Below, one piece after another: positions 37,268-47,334 of a stretch of 64,000 bases of DNA. The position numbers and the translations under genes are program-made. Position 1 is the stretch's first letter. The number at the start of each line of letters is the position of its first letter. The notes under the pieces are model-generated. The model saw only the letters and a list, made by a program, of their open reading frames with translations, was not told the origin of the DNA and ran no database searches. This stretch comes from Bryobacteraceae bacterium (GTDB lineage Bacteria > Acidobacteriota > Terriglobia > Bryobacterales > Bryobacteraceae), in the NCBI GenBank assembly GCA_037481575.1, contig JBBFLJ010000014.1, positions 24,134 to 88,133 of the forward strand, given 5' to 3'.

Positions 37268-40200
37268 ATGGCACATCCTCAGCCTTTTCCCGGATCCCTG
37301 GACAAGGAACAGCAGGCGGCGGTCGGCCGCGAGCATCAGGACGTCTGCGTGGTCGCCGGTCCCGGCTCGGGCAAGACCCGCGTTCTGGTGGAGCGCTTCG
37401 CGTGGCTGGTGCTGGAGCGCGGATGCGATCCCGAACGGATCCTCGCGATCACCTTCACCGAAAAAGCCGCCAACGAGCTGAAAGAAAGGCTGGCACGCCG
37501 GTTTGCGGAACGCCCTGACCTTCGGCAGAAGGTGGAGCGGGCGCAGATTTCCACCATCCACGCCTTCTGCCACGCCATCCTCCGCGAGCATGCGCTGGAG
37601 GCGGGGCTCGATCCGCAGTTCGAGGTCCTGGATGAAGTGGAGGCGGCGGCGCTCCGATTCGAGGCCATCTCGCGCACGCTCGACGAGATCGCGAAGGAGA
37701 AGAGGGCGGATTTCCTCCGCCTCGCGGAGGTTTGGCCGGCAGCCGACATGGCTGGCGCGCTGCTGGCGGTGCACGATGCGATGCGGGCAGCCGGAAAGCT
37801 GAAAGAGGGGCTTGCTCCAGTTGCCGCGGATGGAAGTTTGCAGAGTCTGCGGCAGAAAATCTCGGAGCTGATCGAAAAGGCAATCCACAGCGCTGAAGGG
37901 AACACTCCGGCGCGCCGGGCAAGGCGCGAATTGCTGCAAGAGTTACGGGCAAAGATGGGGAACATTCAGCCGCAAGAGCTGTCGGCCCGCTTGCAGAGCA
38001 TCAACCTCCAGGGAGCGGAGCAAGGCGTCAACGCGGCTGTAAAGGCTGCGCGGGAGGCGGCAGATCGCCTCCTCGCGGCGTGGGTGATGGAGGAGTACAG
38101 TTCGCAGCGAGAACTGCTGACGGAGATCTTGCGAAGGTTCGACGCGGAATCGCGCGACATGCGCCGCCAGCGCGGCGCACTCGACTACACCGATCTCGAG
38201 GAATTCGCCCTTCGGCTCCTTCGGGAAAACCAGGGGGCGCGGCGCGCCGTAATGGAGCGCTTCGAGCACATTCTCATGGATGAATTGCAGGACACCAATC
38301 CCCTGCAATGGGAAATTCTCCGCCAGATCCGCCAGCCGGGACGCTTCTTTGCCGTGGGCGACGTCAACCAGTCCATCTACGCCTTCCGGCATGCGGAGCC
38401 GCAGGTATTTCGCGATTTCCAGGCAGAGATCGAGCAGCAAGGCTGGGTGGTGGACCGGCTGACCCGGAATTACCGGACCCGCCCGGAAATTCTCGAGGCC
38501 GTGCAAAGGATTCTGGTGCGCACCGGCCGGCCCGGAATTGAGGCGCACGAGTTTCAGCCGGAAGCCCGATATGGGAATAGCGGACGGCCCTACGTGGAAG
38601 TGTACTGTGCAGCCACGGCCGGCAATCGCGACGAGGCGCCGGATGTGATGCCTTGGCTCGCTGCAAGGCTGGCACAGTTGTACGGTCAGCCCCTGGCAAG
38701 TGCGGCAGGCCGCGCGGCGCGCTTCAGCGATATGGCCGTCTTTGTGCGGAATTCCAACTCCTTTGCGCCTTTGGAAGAAGCTTTGAAGCGCTATTCCATC
38801 CCCTACGTCATCACCGGTGGAAATACGTTTTTTGACGCGCAGGAGGTGGTGGATCTGGTCAATTTCCTCCGGGTATTGGCGTTTCCGGAGGATGAAATCG
38901 CGCTGTTCTCCGTGCTCCGCTCCCCGTTTTTCGGCATCAGCGACGAGGAACTGTTCCAGCGCAGGGTCAGAAAGGCTCTGGCACGGCCGGAAGAACTGGA
39001 GCTTTTGGACCGCTGCCGGCGCGCCGCTGCTTCGCTTCCGCTGGCGGGGGTGCTCCAGCGGGCCATGGATGAGACTGGCTACGCCATGCAATTGTCTCCA
39101 ACGGAGCTGGGAAATGCCGAGAAGTTGCTCACCCTCGTCGACCGGCTGGAACAAAGCGGGCGCCGGGACCCTGCTGCTCTGGTGACGGAACTGGAGAATC
39201 TGCGCAGTTCGGCCAAGGAGGCCAACGCGCCCGCGCTCGAGGCGGGTGACGCCGTGCAGCTGATGACGATCCACAAGGCGAAGGGGCTCGAGTTTCCGGT
39301 CGTCGCGGTGGCAGCGCTCGAGAAGCGGGCAAGGAATGAATCCCTGCCCGCGGCGTTCCATCCCGAATGCGGCCTCGGATTCCAGTGGGTGGCGCCGGGC
39401 GGGGAAAGAATCGAAGACCGGATCCTGAAAGACGCCCGCGAGAGGATCAAGCGAAAGGACGACCTGGAACGGGACAGGCTGTTGTACGTAGCGCTCACGC
39501 GCGCCAAGGAGCGCCTGATTCTGGCGTTCACGCGTTCTGGCAACCGCACGGAGGAATGGCCGAAGCTCGTGCTCGACGGACTGGGTCTGGACATTCCGGG
39601 CGAGGACGGGCAGAGCAACGAAAACGAGCTGGCCTCGATCCTGCGGATTCAGGGAGCGCCGGAGGCGCCCGCGCTGCAACTCGAAAACGCAGGGACCTCG
39701 GAAGTCGTGACAAACCGGCTGGAGATTGCCGCCGAACCGCCTTCCGAGGTGGCCGTGACTGCACTCGCGACGTTCGCACGGTGTCCGAGACGCTACTTGC
39801 TGCAGTCGGTGCTCCATTGGCCGCTGCCCCCGGCGGGCGGAGGCGAAGCGATCGAACTCGGAACCGAGGTGCACGATTATCTGCAGGGCGCACGCGCGGA
39901 TGTTTCCGAAGAAGCAAAAGAGCTTGCCCGGGTCTTCGAGGCAAGCGATCTTGCACGGCGCGCGGAACAGGCGCGCCGGTGCCGGCGGGAGATGGATTTC
40001 CTTGTCGAAATGGAAGGCACGCTCGTACGCGGGCAGATCGACCTGTGGTTCGACGAGGGCCACGGCCCGGTGCTCGTCGACTACAAAACCGACCGCTACA
40101 TGAGCGGCAGCCGCACGCGCAGCTACGAGTTGCAGCTGCGGCTTTACGCAGCCGCGCTCGGGAAGCTCGAGTCGAGCCAGGTGAAGGAAGCGTGGCTCTT

Positions 40201-40396
40201 CCCGCTGCGCGAAGGCCAGCCGCATCTCGTGGACGTCTCGCCGGGCAAGATCAGCGAGGCGGTGGAGGTGCTGCGGCAGTGGCAGGAAGCCGAAAGGCGC
40301 GGCGAATTTCCGGTGCGGGAAGCGGAGGATTGCCAGTGGTGCCCCTTTGCCGGCGGCGCCTGCCCGGTGCAGCCTCCGCGCGGGGGCGTCTTGTAG
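37268..40396 (+). CDS. UvrD/Rep-type helicase fused to a C-terminal PD-(D/E)XK nuclease with a 4-Cys cluster (AddA/AdnB-like)
   Basis: ATG at 37268. Helicase motif I VVAGPGSGKT, motif II-like MDELQDTNPLQ, and TIHKAKGLEFP. The C-terminus has CPRRY, then GQIDLW...VLVDYKT, QLRLYA and CQWCPFAGGAC. Confidence 0.85.
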   Translation: MAHPQPFPGSLDKEQQAAVGREHQDVCVVAGPGSGKTRVLVERFAWLVLERGCDPERILAITFTEKAANELKERLARRFAERPDLRQKVERAQISTIHAFCHAILREHALEAGLDPQFEVLDEVEAAALRFEAISRTLDEIAKEKRADFLRLAEVWPAADMAGALLAVHDAMRAAGKLKEGLAPVAADGSLQSLRQKISELIEKAIHSAEGNTPARRARRELLQELRAKMGNIQPQELSARLQSINLQGAEQGVNAAVKAAREAADRLLAAWVMEEYSSQRELLTEILRRFDAESRDMRRQRGALDYTDLEEFALRLLRENQGARRAVMERFEHILMDELQDTNPLQWEILRQIRQPGRFFAVGDVNQSIYAFRHAEPQVFRDFQAEIEQQGWVVDRLTRNYRTRPEILEAVQRILVRTGRPGIEAHEFQPEARYGNSGRPYVEVYCAATAGNRDEAPDVMPWLAARLAQLYGQPLASAAGRAARFSDMAVFVRNSNSFAPLEEALKRYSIPYVITGGNTFFDAQEVVDLVNFLRVLAFPEDEIALFSVLRSPFFGISDEELFQRRVRKALARPEELELLDRCRRAAASLPLAGVLQRAMDETGYAMQLSPTELGNAEKLLTLVDRLEQSGRRDPAALVTELENLRSSAKEANAPALEAGDAVQLMTIHKAKGLEFPVVAVAALEKRARNESLPAAFHPECGLGFQWVAPGGERIEDRILKDARERIKRKDDLERDRLLYVALTRAKERLILAFTRSGNRTEEWPKLVLDGLGLDIPGEDGQSNENELASILRIQGAPEAPALQLENAGTSEVVTNRLEIAAEPPSEVAVTALATFARCPRRYLLQSVLHWPLPPAGGGEAIELGTEVHDYLQGARADVSEEAKELARVFEASDLARRAEQARRCRREMDFLVEMEGTLVRGQIDLWFDEGHGPVLVDYKTDRYMSGSRTRSYELQLRLYAAALGKLESSQVKEAWLFPLREGQPHLVDVSPGKISEAVEVLRQWQEAERRGEFPVREAEDCQWCPFAGGACPVQPPRGGVL

Positions 40397-40484
40397 ACTG
40401 CAAGCCTGAGGGATTATTCTCAACACTTGGAAGCCCGCGCGGCCGCCGTGCGGAGCCGCCGGAACACCGCAGGGGGAAATTCAA

Positions 40485-41069
40485 ATGTCGATGCCCGTGA
40501 AAGACGAAGGCGAATTTGAACTTGTGCTCGGCAACAGGCAGATTCTCGCCGTGTTCGTGATCGTGCTGTTGCTGATGGGGCTCTTTTTCTCCCTCGGCTA
40601 CCTGGCCGGGAAACACTCCGCGGGGACGGCCGGAACCGCGGCCACCAAGTCGCAGCAGTCAGAGCCGATCCAGCTGGCCGCCGGAAAAAGCGAGGCCGCT
40701 GTGAGCCCGCCGCAGGAGACGCAAAAAGAAGCGCCGCCCGCCACCGCGCCTGCCGGCGAGCCCCGCTCGGCCGAAACGCGTCAGGAGCCGCCGAAGAACG
40801 CAGCTGCCCCGCCCGCGCGGCTCTACGTGGAAAAGCCGCCGTCCGGGCTTTACCTGCAAGCCGCGGCCACGCAGCGGACGGATGCCGAAGCCATGCTCAG
40901 CTTCATCATCGGCAAGACCGGGCTCAGCGGCTACGTGACGCCGTCTCCCAAATCGCCCGAACTCTGCCGCGTGCTGATCGGCCCGCTGGAGGGCAACGAA
41001 AAGGTCGCGGAAGCCCGCGCCAAGCTGGGCGCGCTGGGCGTGACGAATGCCTATCCGGTCAAATATTGA
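40485..41069 (+). CDS. SPOR-domain membrane protein (septal peptidoglycan binding)
   Basis: 194 aa with one N-terminal TM helix, a low-complexity Pro/Ala linker, and a C-terminal ~75-aa SPOR-like domain (YLQAAAT...A......L...G......P......RVLIGP........A...L...G). Confidence 0.65.
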   Translation: MSMPVKDEGEFELVLGNRQILAVFVIVLLLMGLFFSLGYLAGKHSAGTAGTAATKSQQSEPIQLAAGKSEAAVSPPQETQKEAPPATAPAGEPRSAETRQEPPKNAAAPPARLYVEKPPSGLYLQAAATQRTDAEAMLSFIIGKTGLSGYVTPSPKSPELCRVLIGPLEGNEKVAEARAKLGALGVTNAYPVKY

Positions 41070-41087
41070 CGCGGGAGCTTTTCCGCG

Positions 41088-42572
41088 ATGAGGCTGCCGG
41101 CCCTCTGCGCAGGCGGGGCGGTGCTCACCGGCCTGCTGCTGGCTTCCCTGTTCCCGCCGCTGGGCTGGAATGTGCTGGCGCCGGTGGCGCTGACGCCGCT
41201 GCTGTTCGCCATGGCTCATGAGCCGCGGCCCCTGCGGCGCTTCCTGTTCGGCTGGCTGAGCGGCGCCGTCTTCTGGATCCTGGTCTGCCACTGGATCCGC
41301 GACGTGCTCGCCAATTATGGCGGCCTCAACGCCGCGCTCAGCTGGCTGGCTCTGGCCTTGTTCGCCGCAGCCAAGGGGCTGCACACCGCCGTGTTCGCCA
41401 CCCTCGCCGGACCGGTGATGCGCCGGTGGTGGGCGACTCCCGCCGTTGCCGCGCTCTGGACAGGCATCGAAAGAATGCACGGGCCGCTCGGCTTCGCATG
41501 GCTCGTGCTCGGCAACGCCGGAGCAGGCATGGCCGTGCCTCTGCGGCTCGCGCCCTGGACCGGCGTCTACGGGCTCTCGTTCGCCTTCGCCCTGATCGGC
41601 GCCGCCGCGGCGGCGCTGGCACTGCGGCGGAAGCGGCTGGAGCTCGCCTGGCTGCTGCCCTTGCTTGCCCTGTGGCTCCTGCCGGCTGTGGAGCGGCGAA
41701 GCGCATACGACCGCGAGGCGGTGGCCGTGCAGATCAATGCCGCGGGAGACGCGCAGTGGAACGAGGACGTCCTGCGGTCGGCCACCCGCCGCATGGCGTT
41801 GCGAACGCTCGAAATGGCGCTCGATCCCTCTCGTCCGCGGGCATCGCTCCTGCTTTGGCCGGAGGTTCCCGCGCCCTTCTACTATTACGACGACCCGCAG
41901 TTCCGCCACGAAGCCACCGAAACGGCGCGCCTGGCGCGGGCGCCCTTCCTGTTCGGCACCGTGGCGTGGACGGCGGACCGTGCGCCCATGAATTCGGCCG
42001 TCCTGCTCGATTCGGGCGGAAGGCTGGCCGGACGCTACGACAAGGCGCGCCTCGTCCCCTTTGGCGAATTTGTGCCGCCGGGCTTCCGGTGGATCCGCAA
42101 GATCTCCTCCGAGGCCGGCGACTACGCCGCCGGGGAAGGAGCGCGTGTCCTCTACGCCGATGACCGGGCCATCGGCGCCTTCATCTGCTATGAATCCGCA
42201 TTCCCGGATTACGTTCGGCAGTTCGCTGCCGACGGCGCGGAAGTGCTCGTGAACCTGACCAATGACGGCTACTTCGGCAGCAGCGCCGCCCGTGGCCAGC
42301 ACTTGCTCTTGGCCCGCATGCGCGCGGTGGAGAACCGCCGGTGGCTGCTGCGGCCCTCCAATGACGGCATCACGGCTTCCATCGATCCCTCCGGACAGGT
42401 TTGGGGCGCCTTCCCCGAACACACAGTTCACGCCGGGCGCCTTCCCTTCCGTTTCCTGAAAGAGCAAACTTTTTACACGCGCCACGGGGACTGGTTCGCC
42501 TGGCTGGCCTTTGCCGCCGGCCTGGCCGGATTTGCCGCGACGCAGATCCCCGTCTACCGCCCGCTCGAATAG
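41088..42572 (+). CDS. lnt: Apolipoprotein N-acyltransferase
   Basis: 494 aa. N-terminal polytopic domain and a C-terminal nitrilase-fold domain with WPE, the catalytic-Cys context GAFICYESAFP, and NLTNDGYFG. Confidence 0.88.
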   Translation: MRLPALCAGGAVLTGLLLASLFPPLGWNVLAPVALTPLLFAMAHEPRPLRRFLFGWLSGAVFWILVCHWIRDVLANYGGLNAALSWLALALFAAAKGLHTAVFATLAGPVMRRWWATPAVAALWTGIERMHGPLGFAWLVLGNAGAGMAVPLRLAPWTGVYGLSFAFALIGAAAAALALRRKRLELAWLLPLLALWLLPAVERRSAYDREAVAVQINAAGDAQWNEDVLRSATRRMALRTLEMALDPSRPRASLLLWPEVPAPFYYYDDPQFRHEATETARLARAPFLFGTVAWTADRAPMNSAVLLDSGGRLAGRYDKARLVPFGEFVPPGFRWIRKISSEAGDYAAGEGARVLYADDRAIGAFICYESAFPDYVRQFAADGAEVLVNLTNDGYFGSSAARGQHLLLARMRAVENRRWLLRPSNDGITASIDPSGQVWGAFPEHTVHAGRLPFRFLKEQTFYTRHGDWFAWLAFAAGLAGFAATQIPVYRPLE

Positions 42573-42581
42573 AATGGCGCC

Positions 42582-43634
42582 ATGCGGCGCCTTGTCATTC
42601 TGATCTCCGCTTCCCTGTTGGCCAGCGCGGAGCCGTTGCCCGTGCGCGGAATTCACCTCGCCGCGCCACGGCCGGACGAAATGGAGCTCGCTCTGCGTTT
42701 CATCCGCGAAGCCCTGCCCAAGGAGGGCGTCAATACGCTCGTTCTGGAGTTCAACTACCGCTACCGCTACCAGTCGCACCAGGAGGTCGTGGACGAGCCG
42801 GCGCTGACGCGCGAGGACCTCCAGCGGCTTGCCGCGGCATGCCGCGAGGCGGGAGTGAAACTGATCCCGATGATCAACCTGCTGGGCCACCAGTCCTGGG
42901 CGAAGACGACGTTCGGACTGCTGCGCTCCCACCCGGAATTCGACGAAACGCCGGGCAAATATCCCGAGAATGAAGGCATTTATTGCCGCAGTTATTGCCC
43001 CCTCCATCCGGACGTGCACAAGGTGATTTTCGATCTGATCGCCGAACTCATGGACGCCGCCGCGGCGCAGGATTTTCACGCCGGCATGGACGAGGTCTTC
43101 CTGCTCGGCGAGGACGATTGCCCCCGGTGCCGCGGGCGCGACCGGGCGGAGCTCTTCGCGGGCGAAGTCAAAGCCTTGCGCGATTTCGTGGCTGGCCGCG
43201 GCGGCCGGCTCTGGATCTGGGGCGACCGTCTGCTGGACGCCAACCTGACTGGAATCGGCAAGTGGGAGGCCGCCGAAAACGGCACGGCGCGGGCGGTCCA
43301 CCTCATCCCGCGGGACGTCGTGATCTGCGACTGGCACTACGAAGCGCCCCATCCCACCGCGCCCTTCTTCGCGCTGCAGGGGCTGAGCGTGGTGAGCTCT
43401 CCGTGGAGAAAGCCATCCGTGGCGCTCGAGCAGCTGCACATCCAGAGACGCACACGCGCCACCGCGGCCAAACCGGTGGCAGAGCGCATGCTCGGCATGC
43501 TCCAGACCACATGGGTGGGCTTCGGGCCCTTTGTCCGCGCCTGGTTGGGCGAGGACAAGACGCCTCGCCCGCAGGTAGCCGAGGCCGTTCTCTGCTTCCG
43601 GGAACTCTTCGCCGAGCTGCGCAGAAGCAACTGA
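42582..43634 (+). CDS. Secreted glycoside hydrolase family 20-like (hexosaminidase catalytic-domain-like) protein
   Basis: Signal peptide. TIM-barrel-like pattern with the GH20-type H-x-G-x-D-E motif (FHAGMDEVF) and LLGHQSW. Assignment rests on motifs only. Confidence 0.55.
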   Translation: MRRLVILISASLLASAEPLPVRGIHLAAPRPDEMELALRFIREALPKEGVNTLVLEFNYRYRYQSHQEVVDEPALTREDLQRLAAACREAGVKLIPMINLLGHQSWAKTTFGLLRSHPEFDETPGKYPENEGIYCRSYCPLHPDVHKVIFDLIAELMDAAAAQDFHAGMDEVFLLGEDDCPRCRGRDRAELFAGEVKALRDFVAGRGGRLWIWGDRLLDANLTGIGKWEAAENGTARAVHLIPRDVVICDWHYEAPHPTAPFFALQGLSVVSSPWRKPSVALEQLHIQRRTRATAAKPVAERMLGMLQTTWVGFGPFVRAWLGEDKTPRPQVAEAVLCFRELFAELRRSN

Positions 43635-43642
43635 ACGCCCGC

Positions 43643-44716
43643 TCAGCCGTGCCGGATGACGAGCACGTCCCCGTCCTTCACGATGTAATCCTTGCCCTCC
43701 AGCCGCAGCAGCCCCTTCTCCCGCACGCCGGCATAGCCGCCGTGCTCCACCAGAGCCTCCCAGGGGACCACTTCGGCGCGGATGAACTTCTTCTCGAAGT
43801 CCGAGTGAATCGCGCCGGCTGCTTTCACCGCGGTGGAATTCACGGGAACAGTCCAGGCGCGGACTTCCGTTTCGCCCGCGGTGAGAAAACTCATCAGCCC
43901 GAGCAGGCGGTACATCACGCGTACCAGGCGGTCGAGCCCCGAGCCCGGCAGCCCGTATGAGGCAAGATATTCCTGCTGCTCTTCCGGCGGCAGCTCGGCA
44001 AGCTCCGCCTCGATCTTGCCGCAGACCGCAGCCACCTCCGTGCGGCTGGACTCCGTCACCAGCTCCCGGCGGAACTGCTCCTCGATTTCCGGCATCCGTG
44101 CCGCGTCATTTTCACCCACATTCAGGACAAACAGAACCGGCTTTTGCGAGAGAAACTGGAAGCCCCGGAGGCGCTTTTCATCGTCCGCCTCCAGCTGCCA
44201 GCCGCGCAGCGGCGTGCCGTTTTCCAGCATCCCTTTCGCCGTGGTGAGCAGTTCGAATTCCCGGTCCAGGCCCGGATCCTTGATCTTTTTGCGGTCCTTT
44301 TCGAGCCTCTCCAGCCGCTTCTCGACCACCGCCAGATCGCTCAGCACAAGCTCCATGTCAACGTCGCGGATGTCCCGCATCGGATCCACGGAGCCCTTCT
44401 CGTGGGGCACGACGTCGCTCTCGAACAGCCGCACCACGTGCGCCACCGCGTCTGCCACCCGCAGGCTCGCCAGGTAGGAAGGCTCGCGCAGCGCCTCGCG
44501 CGAGATCGAGGGAAAGTCGATGAACTCGAGCGTCGCGTGCGTCACCTTCTGCGGCGAAAATACCTTCGCCAGGGCCTCCAGCCGCGGATCAGGCACCCGC
44601 GTGACGCCCACGCGCGTCTCCATCGCGCCCGTGCGTGCGGTCTCATGCACGCCGGTCAAAATCGTAAAAAGGCTGGTCTTGCCCGTCATGGGCAGGCCGA
44701 TGATGGCAGTTTTCAT
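43643..44716 (-). CDS. ychF: Redox-regulated ATPase YchF (Obg-family P-loop NTPase)
   Basis: 357 aa. G1 GLPMTGKTS, a central coiled-coil insertion, and a C-terminal TGS/DUF933-type end (FIRAEVV.WE......G......GLLRLEGKDYIVKDGDV). Confidence 0.88.
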   Translation of the reverse strand: MKTAIIGLPMTGKTSLFTILTGVHETARTGAMETRVGVTRVPDPRLEALAKVFSPQKVTHATLEFIDFPSISREALREPSYLASLRVADAVAHVVRLFESDVVPHEKGSVDPMRDIRDVDMELVLSDLAVVEKRLERLEKDRKKIKDPGLDREFELLTTAKGMLENGTPLRGWQLEADDEKRLRGFQFLSQKPVLFVLNVGENDAARMPEIEEQFRRELVTESSRTEVAAVCGKIEAELAELPPEEQQEYLASYGLPGSGLDRLVRVMYRLLGLMSFLTAGETEVRAWTVPVNSTAVKAAGAIHSDFEKKFIRAEVVPWEALVEHGGYAGVREKGLLRLEGKDYIVKDGDVLVIRHG

Positions 44717-44731
44717 GACAGCTTTCCGGAA

Positions 44732-45691
44732 TTACAGGGGCACTTCGACGAGCTTGAGAATTTCGTTGAGGATGCGTTCGCAGACTTCCGTGGAGCGCGT
44801 GATCAGCGTGCTGCGCTGGTTCAGCACCACCCGGTGGGCGAACACCGGCACCGCAAGGCGCTTGATGTCATCCGGCAGCACGTAGTCCCTGCCTTCGATC
44901 AGCGCCAGCGCCTGCGCCGCGCGGTATAGCCCCTGCGCGCCCCGCGGGCTCACGCCCAGCGCCAGCTGATCGTGCGTGCGGGTCTGTTCCACAATCGCCA
45001 GGATGTAGTCGACCAGCGAATCGTCCACCCGGATCGACTCCACCGCCCGCTGAATCTCCCGCAATTCCGCCGGGCTCAGCACCGGCTTCACCTCCGGCGC
45101 GGTGGCGGGCTGCGCGGCGCGCACGATCTCCCTCTCGCTCGCCGCGTCCGGATAGCCCACCCGGATCCGCATCAGGAAGCGGTCCATCTGCGACTCCGGC
45201 AGCGGATACGTCCCATGATGCTCGACCGGATTCTGCGTGGCGATCACCATGAACGGCTCCGCCATCGGGTACGTGACCCCGTCGATCGTGATCTGATGTT
45301 CGTTCATCGCCTCCAGCAGGGCGGACTGCGTCTTGGGCGTCGTGCGGTTGATCTCGTCGGCCAGCAGGAGGTTCGTGAAAATGGGCCCGCGCTTGAATTC
45401 GAACTCGCCCGTGCGCGCATTGAAAACGGTGACCCCAAGGATGTCGCCCGGCAGCATGTCCGACGTGCACTGCAGGCGGTGAAATCCGCAATCGATGCTC
45501 CGCGCCAAAGCATGAGCCAGCGTTGTCTTGCCGACTCCCGGAACGTCCTCGATCAGCAGATGACCGCGGCTCAGAAGGCACACCACCGAAAGGCGCACCA
45601 CCTCCGGCTTGCCGCGTACAACGGCGTTCAGGGCGGCCTCCAGCGCCTGCAGCTTGGCCGATGCGGTGGCGACGGCCTCGGGTGCGGTCAT
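44732..45691 (-). CDS. MoxR-family AAA+ ATPase
   Basis: 319 aa. Walker A DVPGVGKTT, Walker B LLADEINRTTPKTQSALLEAM, and IATQNPVEHHGTYPLPESQMDRF. Confidence 0.9.
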   Translation of the reverse strand: MTAPEAVATASAKLQALEAALNAVVRGKPEVVRLSVVCLLSRGHLLIEDVPGVGKTTLAHALARSIDCGFHRLQCTSDMLPGDILGVTVFNARTGEFEFKRGPIFTNLLLADEINRTTPKTQSALLEAMNEHQITIDGVTYPMAEPFMVIATQNPVEHHGTYPLPESQMDRFLMRIRVGYPDAASEREIVRAAQPATAPEVKPVLSPAELREIQRAVESIRVDDSLVDYILAIVEQTRTHDQLALGVSPRGAQGLYRAAQALALIEGRDYVLPDDIKRLAVPVFAHRVVLNQRSTLITRSTEVCERILNEILKLVEVPL

Positions 45692-45745
45692 CCTCTCCCC
45701 ATGATAGCCGTGACTTCGGCGGGAGTCTCGAAAGCCCGCAGGCTC

Positions 45746-47266
45746 TCAAAGACTGTAACCGCTCTTCGAAGCGCGCACGCGCCCGTTGGCGGCCAGGTGC
45801 TCCAGGATGTGAGCCACCGCCTCCTCGCTCTCCGCGCCGGTCTCTGCGGCGATCTGATCCACGGGCTTCGGCGACGCTCCAAGCGCGGCGAGAATCCGCT
45901 TCTGCAGCTCGAGCAGCGCCGCCGCCGCTTTCTTGCCCGCCTCCACCCCCGGCTGATGATAGGCGTTGATGTTCACCAGCGACGCGTAGAAACCCGTAGC
46001 GCGCTCATACAGCGCGATCAGCGCGCCAACAGAGCGCGCGTCAACGCGCGGAATCGTGATCGTGATCGACTCGCGCCCGTTGCTCGAAAGCGCCTCGCGA
46101 GTCCCCAAAAGGAACCCGTCCAGATAATCGCCCGCGCGGATGCCGGGTTCCAGCTCCAGCGGATCCCCGCCGTCCTCCAGAACGCGAATGAACGTGACGA
46201 AAAAGTTGTTCACTCCTTCGCGAAGCTGCTGCACGTAAGCGTGCTGATCCGTGGACCCCTTGTTGCCGTACACGGTGATGCCCTGCTCCACAACCCGGCC
46301 GTACAGGTCCCTCTGCTTCCCCAGCGACTCCATGATCAGCTGCTGGAGATAACGCCCGAACAGCAGCAAGCGGTCCTTGTAGGGCAGGATCACCATGTCG
46401 CGGCGCCCCTTGCCTCCCGTGGCGTAATGCCACATCAGGGCGAGCAGCGCCGCCGGATTTCGCCGCGTCACGCGCACCCGCGTAGCTTCGTCCATCGCAG
46501 CCGCTCCGGCCAGCAGCCCGGCCGTGTCCAGCCCTTGCAGCGCCGCCGGCAGCAGCCCGACGGCCGACATCACCGACGTGCGGCCCCCCACGAAATCGAA
46601 CATCGGAAACCGGTCCAGCCACCCGTTTTCCTGCGCGTAGACATCCAGCTTCGACCCCGGCATCGTGATGGCCACGGCGCGCGGGCCGAATGCCACCCCG
46701 GCGCGCGCGAAGGCCGCCTCGGCCAGCTTCATCCCCACGTGCGTCTCCGGCGTGCCCCCGCTCTTGGAGATGACCAGCACCAGCGTTCGGTCCAGCCGGC
46801 CCTCCAGCGCCGCAAGCACGCGCTCAATGCCATCAGGGTCGGTGTTGTCCAGAAAGTGAAGCCGCATGCGGTCGCGCCGCGGGTGGCCGAGCGCGTCGGC
46901 CAGAAACATCGGCCCCAGCGCGGAGCCGCCAATGCCGATGCTCAACACTTCCGTGAATGCGGACGACTCGTGAATCCGCGCAGCGAACTCCTCCACCCGG
47001 CTGCGCGCCGATTCAATGGCGATCCGCAGGTCCGCGGTCGGCGCCAGGTGCGGCGCGCGCAGCCAGTAGTGCCCTACCATGCGGTTCTCATCCGGATTCG
47101 CGATGGCCCCGCGCTCCAGCTCCTCCATCGCGGAGTAGGCGCGCTGCATCTCGGCTTCCATCGAATCCAGCCACGCGCCCGAGAAGTTCATGCGCGAGAT
47201 GTCCAGCGAAAGCCCGGCCTGCGGGACGGTCACCAGATATTCGAGATAACGCTTGTACATCGGCAT
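45746..47266 (-). CDS. pgi: Glucose-6-phosphate isomerase
   Basis: Start at the ATG at 47266 (MPMYKRYLE). Motifs GIGGSALGP and SKSGGTPET. The ORF-track N-terminal 104 aa (Arg/Cys-rich) are rejected. Confidence 0.88.
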   Translation of the reverse strand: MPMYKRYLEYLVTVPQAGLSLDISRMNFSGAWLDSMEAEMQRAYSAMEELERGAIANPDENRMVGHYWLRAPHLAPTADLRIAIESARSRVEEFAARIHESSAFTEVLSIGIGGSALGPMFLADALGHPRRDRMRLHFLDNTDPDGIERVLAALEGRLDRTLVLVISKSGGTPETHVGMKLAEAAFARAGVAFGPRAVAITMPGSKLDVYAQENGWLDRFPMFDFVGGRTSVMSAVGLLPAALQGLDTAGLLAGAAAMDEATRVRVTRRNPAALLALMWHYATGGKGRRDMVILPYKDRLLLFGRYLQQLIMESLGKQRDLYGRVVEQGITVYGNKGSTDQHAYVQQLREGVNNFFVTFIRVLEDGGDPLELEPGIRAGDYLDGFLLGTREALSSNGRESITITIPRVDARSVGALIALYERATGFYASLVNINAYHQPGVEAGKKAAAALLELQKRILAALGASPKPVDQIAAETGAESEEAVAHILEHLAANGRVRASKSGYSL

Positions 47267-47334
47267 GGCGCTATCACACAGCATACCGGTCCGGCGTGCA
47301 GCGGCGAGAGGCGCAGTGCGCATAATGAAGGGGT

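Noticed and set aside
37491-37506. Sigma-54-like -24/-12 sequence TGGCACGCCGGTTTGC
   Set aside because: The spacing between GG and GC is 11 nt instead of the canonical 10. It also lies inside the helicase coding region with no downstream gene start.
40659-43439. 926-aa minus-strand ORF. Similar very long ORFs occur at 943..2610(-), 2480..4384(-), 5134..7530(-), 19446..21881(-), 23618..26143(+), 44972..47338(+), 54523..57702(+) and 10242..12644(+)
   Set aside because: They are shadow ORFs typical of roughly 70% GC DNA. Their composition is Arg/Gly/Ala/Pro/His-dominated low complexity with no motifs. Each lies antisense or out of frame to genes with clear domain signatures.
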